Source of the DNA: Antedon mediterranea
Taxonomy: Eukaryota > Animalia > Echinodermata
DNA: 64,000 nucleotides
Direction of reading: 5' to 3'
Assembly: GCF_964355755.1 (NCBI RefSeq)
Contig: NC_092680.1
Span: 16,005,045-16,069,044 of the forward strand
Part shown: positions 38,457 to 50,729 of the stretch, piece after piece
How the letters are laid out: the number at the start of each line of letters is the position of its first letter
How positions within the stretch are numbered: position 1 is the first letter of the stretch
Program-made: the position numbers and the translations under genes
The notes under the pieces: generated by a model
Told to the model about the DNA's origin: nothing
The model's database searches: none
The model's input: only the letters and a program-made list of their open reading frames with translations

Positions 38457-39467
38457 ATTGTGTTTGGTTTGTGTATGTATTAACATTGTATGTTATATAT
38501 ACACTACCCACACGGCATATCAAACTACACTATTTATGGTCATCGACTAATGGTTAGGTACAGTACTTAGGCCTAAAATGTGTACAATCCCTAAAAAAGG
38601 GATCATACAATATGCAATCATATGAGATGAAATTACAAATACATTTGTTATTCATATAAAATGACATTCTAAAATTACAGGAATTTTCAAGATGCCAATT
38701 CTTCGGAAGAAGAATAAAGTCAATGTTATGACCAATAAAAGAAGTGATGATGCGCTCCAACAGTAAGTTAAAAATCTCGAAATTATATTAAAACATACTA
38801 CAATTAAATAACAGTATTAACTACAATGTGCAAAAGCTTTTTTTCTTTTTTAACTGGTGGTCACGACTTAAAGTTGTCCGCAACTTATTTTGACCTCCAT
38901 CCGCACATTTTTGATGTTTTTCTTGTTTATTATAATTTTCTTTTTGCAATTTGTAATTTTTATCTTTTATTTTAAAATGTGTGGAGAAACTAATAAAACA
39001 AACAAACAAACAATGTCTATTTATAAAGTCAAGGGTAAACATAATTATAACATTTCCTCATTAATCACATGATTCAATTCAAAGACACAAAGCATAATAA
39101 TCTATGAGACAAATAGGAAACTTAATATATAAATAATACCGTATATAAAGAGATATATGTTTATTATATATTATATAATTAAGTTTCAGAATATCACCCT
39201 GGCGCAGAAGGGGGGGGGGGGGGTGGTGGTGGCTAGGCGTGCGATTCAGAATTAATTTGGCGTCTGTGGTGTTAATAATATACTTAATATATATATTTTT
39301 TTAAGAGAAATTGATTACAAAGTAAAAAATTAGTATGTAACCATGTGAAATAACGGTGAGTGAATCTCACAAAAGAAAAAAAACAAAAACAAATAATGAT
39401 AATAACAATTATTGGTTTTGTTTATCTTCGCAGTGGAAATACAGAATCAAAATCAAAAAAGACGTCG

Positions 39468-41192
39468 ATGTTTCTTCGTATTTTAAACTGCATTTTTGGA
39501 ATGTGTTTAATCCGCGGTACTTCAACAACGAATGAGCCATATGAAACAAACAAGACAGATGCTGTCCATGAAAGAGAAAAGATACCAATTGATGGAAAAC
39601 AAAATACAATGAACGATGCACTGTATGATGCTGTGAACCCAAGCTTAAGCTCACTGCCAATCATAGGCAGAGTAGAAATGAATTCCTGTAGGCCTAATGC
39701 GGGTAGAAAGAACCTTGTTGTCACTTCTCTGTTTGATACTCTCAGGCCGGACATGAATATGCTGCCAAGTATAGATGAAATAGATGTGTTTACCAATCTA
39801 GTTACAACATTATGTCGTCAAGGTGAAACAATTAATGATGAGGCAAAATCCAAATTAATGTTGGCAAATCCGTTTATCACACAAGCCAAGTCATCAGCAG
39901 CTAAGAGGAATGTTGCTAATATAAACCTAAGTAAAAATAAGAAAGTAATGCATTATAATTCTATTGTACCAGCCACATCACGCTTATACAAGGATAGCCG
40001 AAATGTACTTATTGGAAATAGAAAAACCATCACAAAATGCGATATACAACAAAGACAAGGGGCTACAGTGAACATTTGGAAACACTTAGAGAATAGCATC
40101 GGCCTAAAACATGGAAGCAGAAGCGCAACTAAAAAGCCAACTGGTGTAAAGGCTAAGGCTGTATTCAAACAAAACGCTACGTATAACGTTAATCAGGTAC
40201 AGGGAGGAAAATGGTCGTGGACGCAGACGAAAGAGTACATGGCGCTAGAATCGATTTTGACTCGTAAAATCAAGAAAGTTCCGGTATCAACGTTGGAACC
40301 AGTTATGTCTAATGGAGTCCCCGTTCACCTAGGAAAAGGATCTTTCGGAAGCGTAGATTTAATGAAATGGACATCAAAAAAGAACGAAAAGATAGTAGCT
40401 GTGAAATCAATCACTCCACCAGCTAAGACGGTTACGCTATCAAAGAAAGAAAAATGCATGAAAACGGCACTCATAGAAGCAAAGGCGATGCAACATCTCT
40501 CCGCCTGTAGAGCATTTCCAAAGGTATACGCTGTCAGTTTCGCAAAGGATCATGAAATGAAAATTATAATGGAATTTATTGGTCACGGTACCACCAACGA
40601 CAGTTGCACGTTATTGGATGCAATGTTTGACAATACTTCAATTAAATCAGGAATACAATGGCTCCGAATCATGAAAGACATTGGCAATGGTGTGGCCTTC
40701 ATGCACAGAAAAGGACTTCTACATAACGACCTAGCATTGAGAAACGTATTGATTACAAAATATGAGCTGAGATGGTGTGCCAAAATAATTGATTTAGGAA
40801 TGGTATCGTCTGTGAACGCACCTCGAAGAAAATCCTACAATAACTGCGATACACCATCAGGGATTGCTTACCAAATAGATAAATGGTCAGAAATTGCGCC
40901 AGAATTTTTTCAGAACGACAATACAATTGAAAGCAAAGCAACTGATGTCTATTCTGTTGGAATAATATTTGGAAAGGTCGGATATTTTAAGAAAATTCTA
41001 GGATTACAGGAGCTTGGAAAAAAGATGATTGATACGGATTCAAAAGCTAGACCATCAATGGCATTGGTAATGAAGTTGTTAAACAGATTGATTGCGATGG
41101 AGATTAAAGGACAATCAGCGAAGATAGGAGGAGGAGGAGGAGGAGGAGGAGGACGTGAGGCACTACACAAAGTATTTAGAAGAGTTAGATAG
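39468..41192 (+). CDS. Single-coding-exon protein kinase, tyrosine-kinase-like, non-RD, with long basic N-terminal region
   Basis: LGKGSFGSV, VAVK, helix-C Glu (LIEAKAM), HNDLALRNVL, KIIDLG, KWSEIAPE, TDVYSVG, ARPSM. Acceptor-like tttatcttcgcag at 39433 precedes ATG 39468; a (GGA)n tract encodes a C-terminal poly-Gly. Confidence 0.85.
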   Translation: MFLRILNCIFGMCLIRGTSTTNEPYETNKTDAVHEREKIPIDGKQNTMNDALYDAVNPSLSSLPIIGRVEMNSCRPNAGRKNLVVTSLFDTLRPDMNMLPSIDEIDVFTNLVTTLCRQGETINDEAKSKLMLANPFITQAKSSAAKRNVANINLSKNKKVMHYNSIVPATSRLYKDSRNVLIGNRKTITKCDIQQRQGATVNIWKHLENSIGLKHGSRSATKKPTGVKAKAVFKQNATYNVNQVQGGKWSWTQTKEYMALESILTRKIKKVPVSTLEPVMSNGVPVHLGKGSFGSVDLMKWTSKKNEKIVAVKSITPPAKTVTLSKKEKCMKTALIEAKAMQHLSACRAFPKVYAVSFAKDHEMKIIMEFIGHGTTNDSCTLLDAMFDNTSIKSGIQWLRIMKDIGNGVAFMHRKGLLHNDLALRNVLITKYELRWCAKIIDLGMVSSVNAPRRKSYNNCDTPSGIAYQIDKWSEIAPEFFQNDNTIESKATDVYSVGIIFGKVGYFKKILGLQELGKKMIDTDSKARPSMALVMKLLNRLIAMEIKGQSAKIGGGGGGGGGREALHKVFRRVR

Positions 41193-42094
41193 AGATGTAA
41201 TTGGATCAAGGGAATAAGAAATAACACAGACAATTCGGAGAGTAATAACGAGATGACTATGACACTATTGAATAAATTAGTGATTTTTTAAATATTATGT
41301 GCTCACTTTACTTCGTTTCGTTTTTCGTTCACGTCATCAAAACAAATGCTTAATATGATTAGTTTGATTTACAGATTGAACCTTGATATATATATATTAA
41401 CAACGGGTTTTATTAGGTAATTTATGCGAAGAGAGATGACGCATTATTATCAAATTAAAATACGACAATGACCATTATCGTTATAACATGATGTCATTGT
41501 CTTTAAAAAGAAAATGCTAGTACACAATAATGTATCTTTATGAGTTAAATAGGCGGGGAGCTGGGTTAAATAATAAATTGCAACGATTGCAATATTCGCT
41601 ACATTCAACTAATCCAAACAATTTATAATTTAATATTGCAGATACTGATCGTATTTTGGACGCGAAATTATATGGTGCATACTAACTACAGGTTAATTGT
41701 GTTCGAATGTTTACAAAATATGAACGTCCAATAAAGGTCACGATTTTATCACTAAAACTAATACTGGTACGTAGTATGTAGTGTTGTTATAACGTAATGG
41801 TTGTCGGCCTAAATGCGTGACGTTAAATTAATAATATTCAAATAATGATCGTCTGTCTTGCCTGCTACGGTACCTGACCTAAGTTTCAGTTCAACTGCAT
41901 TAAAAATGAATAAAGAAAGTAGATAACCATGCGAGCCACCACCCATACGTTAGTTTAACTAACAAAGTGAAATAAGTAACGTCACAACACAAGCTTTAGG
42001 AGAATGAATCATACGTTAGGCGCATTTCCTGCGCACCATTGATACCGAGGAAAAAAAGGTTTCTTCTTAGTAGTGTGCTAAAATGTTTAGACAC

Positions 42095-42228
42095 AGTCAC
42101 TTCCTAATAATTAACATGGAGTATTCTTATGCAACAACCTGAAGGAAACATAAGATCTAGAGGGGGAAACAAGAGTAGACTAGCAGCAGTCTAGAAATTG
42201 ACAACCAACTATCCGAACACCGGTAAGT
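42095..42228 (+). promoter_or_regulatory. Candidate promoter and non-coding first exon of receptor 6
   Basis: ETS-like AGTCACTTCCTAA (identical 13-mer upstream of receptor 1 at 756-768), followed by a consensus donor CG|GTAAGT at 42222/42223; a matching acceptor lies at 50642. Confidence 0.3.
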
Positions 42229-45200
42229 ATTTATACAGAATGTTTTATATGTTGTCGCTTAGTTAACTGTGTTAGGCCCGAAACATCGACTTGTTTATTA
42301 TTCGTAAGGATGTCTTTGTTTTTATCTTTCTTTATCTTTCTCTTTGTTTTGTTTTAAGGTTTACATTTATTGCTAGATATTGAATGAGTTTGAGTTGGTA
42401 ATTTGTTATATATAAAAAAAAGCGAAAGGATAAGTACTATTTAATATTGGTAGCCTATAAGGTCATACTGCTGCTGTCGTATTTGTATTTATATACAAGT
42501 TGTTGTGTGTGGTGTGTGTATTATATTGTTTATAAGTGGTAGGCCTACATCACTTAAAGCCAACAACAAAATAATGTTTAACATTGCCATAAATTTAAAT
42601 CTTTTCGGAATCAACACGTTAATAACACACACATTATTATGTGCTTAATATGATAACTAAACTTTCCAGTATTTTATTATTCAACTTCTGTTTCCAATAA
42701 TAGTCAATATAAACAATTAATTTTTATTTTTATCATTACTGTAAATAATCATTGTATATATTTTATAATTTATATTTATATTGGTCTTGTTTTTTTTTGT
42801 TGTAAAAATCTACTGTAATATTATACCTTATTGTGGTTACCATTATAACAAATGTACGATTGATTGAATAAAGTTCACATATATATATTCGATTATTATA
42901 TGGAAATGTAAATAAGGCTGATGGAAATTCAAAGGTAGGGCCTATTTTAATAGTCGTCTGGGTGTTTGAGTGACACCGGAGCTAGGCCTTATAGTGTAAT
43001 TTAGGTACCACTCAGCGGTGTCAGTGTCTTTCCCCATACATTTTGTCCAAAATATCCTCTTGCCAGAATTAGGGTTCACGCCATTGAATTTTCCAAGGTA
43101 GAGTAAAATATTTGCCATGTGGGTCGGGAATGATAGTCAACAATGGTGTAATGTAATCTATTGTAAGTATTTCTGTTACAATGAGGACATCCCTTCTGAA
43201 TGAATCAGTGTCGGTGATGATAGAGACTTGAATTCATTAATTTAATTTACTTTAGGCCGGAATTAGATTAGGTATCATGAACGGAAACTCATGTTATAAT
43301 CGACTGCTTAATAAGACCCAAGGGCGTAGGCAGACAGTTGTTTTGGGGGCGGGGGTCACAAGTCCTATTCAGGGGTCTCTACTACCGGTACTACATTTTG
43401 AAGGTCCAAAGCTTAAACACTTACTAACATAATCCAATTTAAACATTAAAACACAATTCTATATTATAAACCCCACCTAAAAGATTTGTGTGTAAAAAAA
43501 CGTAAGCCTGGATGCGAATATTATCAGAGAGAATCTTTGTTTTAACCGACTACGGTGTGGTTACGCAACAGTAACTTGAACATAAAATATTATAGGCTTA
43601 GGCCTACTATAACTTGATAGTATTTAATTTTCCTTTTTACCATGGAGTTAAGTAATAATTTTAACTACGAAAAAGAACAACAGCTTATCTCAAAATACAT
43701 ATTTCTTTTCCCGTCCTGTCGCGCCACGCGCAATAAGACGAAGTATTGCATAAATCATATTTTCAGTATATCTTCCTTTAAAACAATCACCAGTTATCGA
43801 AGATGTAATGAATACATTGGCATAACTACCATTAGGGAATAGAATTATACTTATCCCAAGTGCCTCATATTACACGAATTGGCAAAGTATTACCGCCAAC
43901 ACTTGTGAATCTAATTAGACAGGAAATCATTTATGGAAGGAAGGGCCAACTGGTTCTCCGATTCGTCTAAAGTTGGTATTGTTATCATGGCTCAGCATCC
44001 AGGATGTTATGTATAAGTTTTCCTAGAGGATTCGGCTGTTGTATTTACAGTTTAAGAATACAAAAGCACATAAATCAACAGCACATTAGTACAATAGTTT
44101 GCAAGATATTTCCGTCATTTCCATGATAAGTAAGCGTTCACTTATCTTATTCTAATCTGTGACCTATCTACAGATCTCTAGCATCTTAAACCAATAAAGA
44201 CAACCGTATCAAACAATCAATCTCATCAACAAATACACAGTAACAAAAAGGAGTACCAAAAGAAGATAAAAGGGATCTCTAGAAACCCCAAGGGCTTTAA
44301 AAGCTATGATTATAATACTTGGTCTTGACTTAATTTTTTTTACTTTAGGACTAAGTAATGTTATTATTGATTTTGATTCAATAGGCCATAGGGGATGGAT
44401 CTACAAAATGTGTCTCACACACTTGCCATAGAAGACAGTAATGCATCTAGTGGCAGCCAGTTGTATGATATAGGCCTAACGCTTTAGGCCTAATCAACCG
44501 AATACTATTATTACACACTGTACCTACATGATGCGTTAGATCATGCCATTCAATGTTTTTAATACACATAAACACTACAATAAAATTCATTCCAAGTTAA
44601 TAATAATATTAATACATGTTCGGAACAGTATGAAAACACTTTCTAATGAAATGTGCACAATCTACTGCCTGATGAAAAAAAAAGCACCGCATTGGATTTG
44701 GACACTGTTTTCCTGGTATCATGATTTGTAGGCATGTACAACACCATCAGGTCTATAGTACATAGTGCAGGATGTTAAATACACTGTTTGGTTGATTTAT
44801 TAGTGAAATATCTGTTAATAAAACGTCTAAATAAATATTTATGGCCGTCAATGTAGATTAGTCTAGCTCATCAGCCATCTCTAATGAGTTAACATACTAA
44901 AATTACTCGAACATCAATACCTTTTCTGACATTTCTGTGGGATCGTTATTACATCAAATTAATACAATTTATCTATTTTCGATATTTTTGAAATATTTAA
45001 AATCGCGCGGTTTCAATATTTTCACAAGAAAATTTACTCCTTGACCTCATAGTCTTATTTTCTAGTCGCTAGGTGGCCTGGAATGTATTATTGAATGTGT
45101 ATTTATGTCGGACTTGTGACGACTTTGGTGGATGTACAGCATAGGCTGGTTGCTGCCTGGAATATGCGGAACTAGTACAGGTGTTTTTAAAATTGAGGGC

Positions 45201-48200
45201 GCCAAACAAATCATTTACGTGATCAAAATACAGGTGGCACAGGTACAGGTGAAATGCATTGCATGCCTCGCTGGCTCGCACTTTAACAACTATTGATTTG
45301 AAACAAGAAAAAAAATACTAGCTGAATTAACACAGGGAAGAATGAAGTTATGTAATTTCACTTTTTATACTGAAAGTGAAATTGTCTGTGTCTGGTCGGG
45401 TGCATAATCAGTAATCATTCTCCTTTGTCCTACAGTATTTGCACCTTCCTTTCTATAAATCCTAGGATACGTCACATCTGTAATGATTAATAATTCATAG
45501 GACAACCAAGTATTATGTATTAATGTCTTCATCGCCTTCAGTATCATTCGAACTGTGCATTTATTTGACAGCGGCTTTAACAAGATCTTCACATTCAACT
45601 TTTTTATTTTGGTAAACCTGGCCTAACACTACATAAAAGGAAACTCAACATCAACTTCTCAGCAGGTCGATCAGCAACTGTAGTTAGAGAATGAAAACAA
45701 AATTAAAGAATAAAATGTATATATCCTTTAAGCAACCTATTTTACTATGTTTATTCACAATTTCTATCTAATACGACCTTGTAAATAACAATATTATTGA
45801 CTCAATGTTCTAACAACAAACGGAAATCCGAGTTGGCAATGTGTGAATATATATCAGGGATTTATATAATAACTTATTGTTTATGAAACGCGAACATTTT
45901 TATTGCAGCATGTTCAAGGTTTTAAGCATGAATTGAATAAATTCAGCTATTTTTTTTTCAACACTAATTTTTGCTCTTTTTTTCTTTCTGTTAACATCTA
46001 CGTATGTTTCATGTTATTCAGAAACTAAAATAAAACGTAAACATACTAAATTCAAACTATTGGGATTTGGTCCAGTACCTCCTGTGGAGGTAAAAGGGAC
46101 AGTCATCTACCGCACCACCAAGAGACACGTGGACTATACATACGTAAAGGGAAACGAATTCAAACAAATGCATTTCGTACAGTCTCTTGTGTTTTTAAAA
46201 TAATTTGTTGCTGGGAAATGTTTCTATAAATATCATTGTTGTAATTATTGGATTACATCAATAGCTTAAAGTATTACGTTGTATAACAGTACAGAATAAA
46301 TATTTATTTTACTGTCACATTGAGTGCAATTATGTGCATCTAGTGTCAAATGTCCAAGCAGGTGACAAATAATAAATATTTTTAAAACCTCTGCAATGCA
46401 ACATTAATAAACTCAGCATTGATTCAAATGAAAAAGTAAGACCATTTCAAAGGAAAGTGGAATTTTCTTGAAGTAGGCATAATGAAGAAAGCACTCAATT
46501 ACATCATTCTTGATTCTCGTTTTGCAACATCGGTTTGTTCTTTGTTTTGTTTTTAAATGTAAATATGTATATGTTTGTATGATGTAGTATGTTTAAGCGG
46601 ATATTAGCCCTTGATGGAATTTGCAGCAATAAAGAAATTGAATTGAATTGAATTGTTGGGTTTTTTAAAAGAAAATTATATAACAAACGAAGCTATTTTC
46701 AATAAATAATAGAATGTCAATCCGATTACACAATTTGCACGTTCAGTTATCATGATAATGGTTTTGATAATGCAACGTGGGTTTTTTAAGTTGTCCCCTT
46801 ATCCGTTACTTGTTCCTATGGTTTTTTTCAGGATGTCACACAGTTTTAAATATATAAATTCAATATAGGCCTACAACCAGCAAATATGGTTTAGTCTTAA
46901 CAGTTTTTATTCAATATCGATATACAGTATATCATCAAATGTAATACAGACTACATCTCTGGCTAAGTGCCATAATAATCACAAAGCAATTCTACGAAAC
47001 TTTTGAGATATTTTAATAATTGTACAATTGTTTAAAAATTGTATTCTCTCTCAAATTCAAAGTTCTCAAATTTGTTTTACCCTTTTCCTCCTGTATGCAT
47101 GCGTGTACTGGGAGGGGACTATTATGAAAAAGGAACATCTTATTAAGGATGTGGGTTATAGGGAGAATTAGTGAGAAATGGTTGTTGACCTGATAATCAA
47201 AGTGTTACAATAACACTGTCATTATTGTTAGGCCTAAAATGTATTTAATCAATTACCGTATAATTATAATTTTACCTTTAAAAAAATGTGTTATTGGGTA
47301 TATTCTGTTTATGTTAAATTAAATCAAATATAATGTTTTTTTTCATTTAACATTCAAGTTAACATATTATTTCTTACGAGATGTTCTCTTGTTTCTGAGA
47401 AATATAATAATAAATCATCATCATCATCATGTATATAATATGGTAATGTACAACAACAAAAATGAAAAGGGAAAAAAATCCAGGAAGTAAACTGTCTATA
47501 GATAATTTTGTTTACAACTTAGTAACGACGAATATAATCATCAGTATCGATATTTAAATTGTTGCTATATCTCGTGTTATAATAGATATTAACTAATATT
47601 TCTGTTAGAACCAAACATAATCGGTATCTAAATTTCTTTTGGAAGTTGCCGGATAAATAAGAGTAGAAGCGTGGGCTAAGTCGTGTGTCTTCGGATGTGA
47701 GTCACACTGGATCCTTCTTGCTGTATAGTAAAAAAAATGAATGAAAAATGACAGCCGTGTGGCTTATGATTTACTTGGATTGGCTCAACACATCAAAGCA
47801 ATAAATAATATACAAACAGCAAGGTCTATATCATAATAAATGCATGCTAGTCTTATGAGTGAGGGTATTACATTATTACCATGGAATTTACATCGAGACA
47901 TTGAACGCGTGATAGGCATTATACTGTATTATTAAGCCAAATTTCAAGGTGAGTTTTGCGTGGTTTCCACGGTATAATATGAAAAATATACCAATACCAA
48001 TGTTTTGTTTTTAAAGGTAGACATTATTTATGTATTAGTCGGTTTGGTACACTGAAGTGTTGTTGCTGACTGTATCCCCTTTGTTTCTGAAGATTAGCAA
48101 CTAAGAAGGATGTGGGCGGGTGGGTGCCAACAAAAACGATGTTCATAAATAATTATATATTGGCTCCTTGGTATAATTATTACATTCATAAAAACGCAAT

Positions 48201-50729
48201 ATACACTATAAGAGCATGGTCTAAGTCGGTGATATGGATATTATAGCCTAACTAATGTTATCCTAGAGCTGGACCTCTGCAGAATTAGTGTCGTGTTCTC
48301 CAAACTCCTGACCGGACAGAAAAATTTAGCCATATTTATTTATTTATTTATTTATTACGGTATAAACAACAATATTAATTTAAATTTAAACTACAATGCA
48401 AGATAGCACATATATAAAAATAGTAATGAACACAGTTCAACTGTACAAACAGACAAGACATACACAGTTTGTTTTTTTTTTTGGACATATTTTAGGCCTA
48501 TTAACAAAAAATATACCGGAATTAAAGGATATCTTTAGTCAAGACAACAATCAAGTTTCTTCATTACTACAGCATCCGACCTTTACCAATAATCTGACCT
48601 TCATTTGAACCAATCTAACATTTGTATTTAATATATAGACCTAAAAGCCATATACTATCTTGATCCTAAAATAGATAATTAATACCTGCTATAAGTTCAC
48701 ATTTCCTTATTATCCACAATGAAAAAATCACATTCAAGATGTATGTTCATAATTAATCATTCAGGTTTCAAAATCTAAGGAAAAAAATCAACCTAACCTA
48801 TTGAAATTAATCATAGGAAACACACTTGTGTTTATGCTAGGCCTATCAACTGGAACATTGTGTCATTGAAAGTTTCTTTGGCCAACAGAAAATATTTAAC
48901 ACAAAAAAAACACATGCAGAATGGTATAAACAATGACCTTATCTTTTAAAATAAAATATAGTTCATAAATGTGTTGATGATCATATAACTTTATGTATCT
49001 GTAACAGTTTAATATCAAAATTTATGTAAAGTAATTAACGATATCTTACTACAGCGGAAGAAGTTAAAAAACGTGCAAACGCGAATCTATAGCTCACTAT
49101 GTCGGTCGGTCGGTAAACACCAACTCATTCATATGTTTTTCTTATTTTGACACTGGATATTATTACTTAGAGGCAAATATAAATGTTTTAAAACAATTTT
49201 TAACATTTTTTCAGCAATTTCGGTTGGTCGGTCGACTAACTCATATTCATATTTTGGTCGTCATTTTGGATATTTGGATATTAATACTTGGAGGCAAATA
49301 TATATATTTTCAGCAATTTCGGTCGTTTGGTCGGTCAGTCAACACTAACTCAAATTTGCGCAGCGATGTATAATATGTAAAATGTTCCACAATTGGCAGC
49401 ACTATAAAAGCATAAACACATCTGTCTGAAATGCTATATTACTGGCCTTCAATCCTGTGAAATATTTACTGATCAATTAACTTAACTCTATATTTCACAA
49501 ACATACAACAACAAAGTAAAGCATTTAATAAAGCAATGCAAAGTTTTAATAAAGTTAATCACTTCCATAGAACAGTCTTTATTTATAAAAAGACAAAATA
49601 AACGGTTAAATTTAACCAAACCCCCATTGACTTACAGTCATTTTAAAAATGTTTAGATTTAAATTTAAAGTTTTTAGTTAAATAATTGTATTTATTATCC
49701 AATTTTTGGTCAAAGTGAATAACTATTACGAAACATCAAAATGGCACATTTAACAAAACACTTTTTTTCAGGGGGGGGGGGGGGCAATCTTTAAGTGGAC
49801 AACTATAATATGCATATTATTATCCCTTTCTTGCTGTCTCTTCTATTGTTTAATTTTACCGTCCAAATCTGATGATAAATGTTCTATACTTACTGGTATT
49901 AATATTACGTTATCAATTAGCATTATTTAAGTATGTATGTATTAGGATTTTACAGGGAATAGTGAAATTACACCCTTCCCTGGTTGTTTTTTAATGTGTG
50001 CCCATGGGCTTATTTCTAATGTGACAAGCCGTTATCAGGGAAATAGTAGCCTATTTTTAATATCTTAAAAATAATTTTTACTTTTAATGTGTGAATATGT
50101 TGTGCATTGGGGTAGCTCCATATACACAGTCCTACTGAATACCAATAACGCGTCATTTGAAATAAAACCTCGGAGAAAGTATTTTATTTTTATTCAGGTT
50201 TATACAATAAAAAAACACGCAGCCCGAAGGCTGAAATTGTTGATTTACAAAAATATATATATAAATATATGGAAACATAAACATTAAAAAAAATACAAAA
50301 ATTTATACAAAACATTAAAAAATTTGAAAAAATCAGTTAAAAAAATAAAATTATGTTATGTATAGTTAGTATAACAATTCTTATACATGACATAAGCCCC
50401 ATCCACGGAATTATGTAGCTTAGTGTGTCACCACGTCCCATAATATCCTTCTTATCCGAAGGACAGACTTTCGCGAATTGTTTATTATCTATGAGCTGCT
50501 ATAGTTCAATAGAAGTAATACCTGTATTACTGTTATAACCACAAAGATTAATTTGTAATTGTGACGCTTAAAGTGACGACACAGAAAAGGTGGAGCGAAT
50601 TGTTATATAGGTACTTAAACGGTGTTTTCTGTTATTTTTCAGAATCGTGTTATTGTTAATGGTGTGTGTCATCGCTGTGTGCAGGGACGTTATTATACAA
50701 AAGTGCTCGATTACAGTTTATACAACAAA

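Noticed and set aside
39360-39467. N-terminal extensions in the ORF track (also 912-947, 2442-2450, 50622-50729)
   Set aside because: They begin at GTG or TTG; in two cases they span polypyrimidine-AG acceptors, and downstream ATGs give better leaders.
39468-41192. Viral or bacterial origin of the intronless genes
   Set aside because: No viral hallmark genes or operon-like density; long TE-filled spacers, poly(A) signals and likely 5' UTR introns fit host genes. A remote viral origin cannot be excluded without a search.
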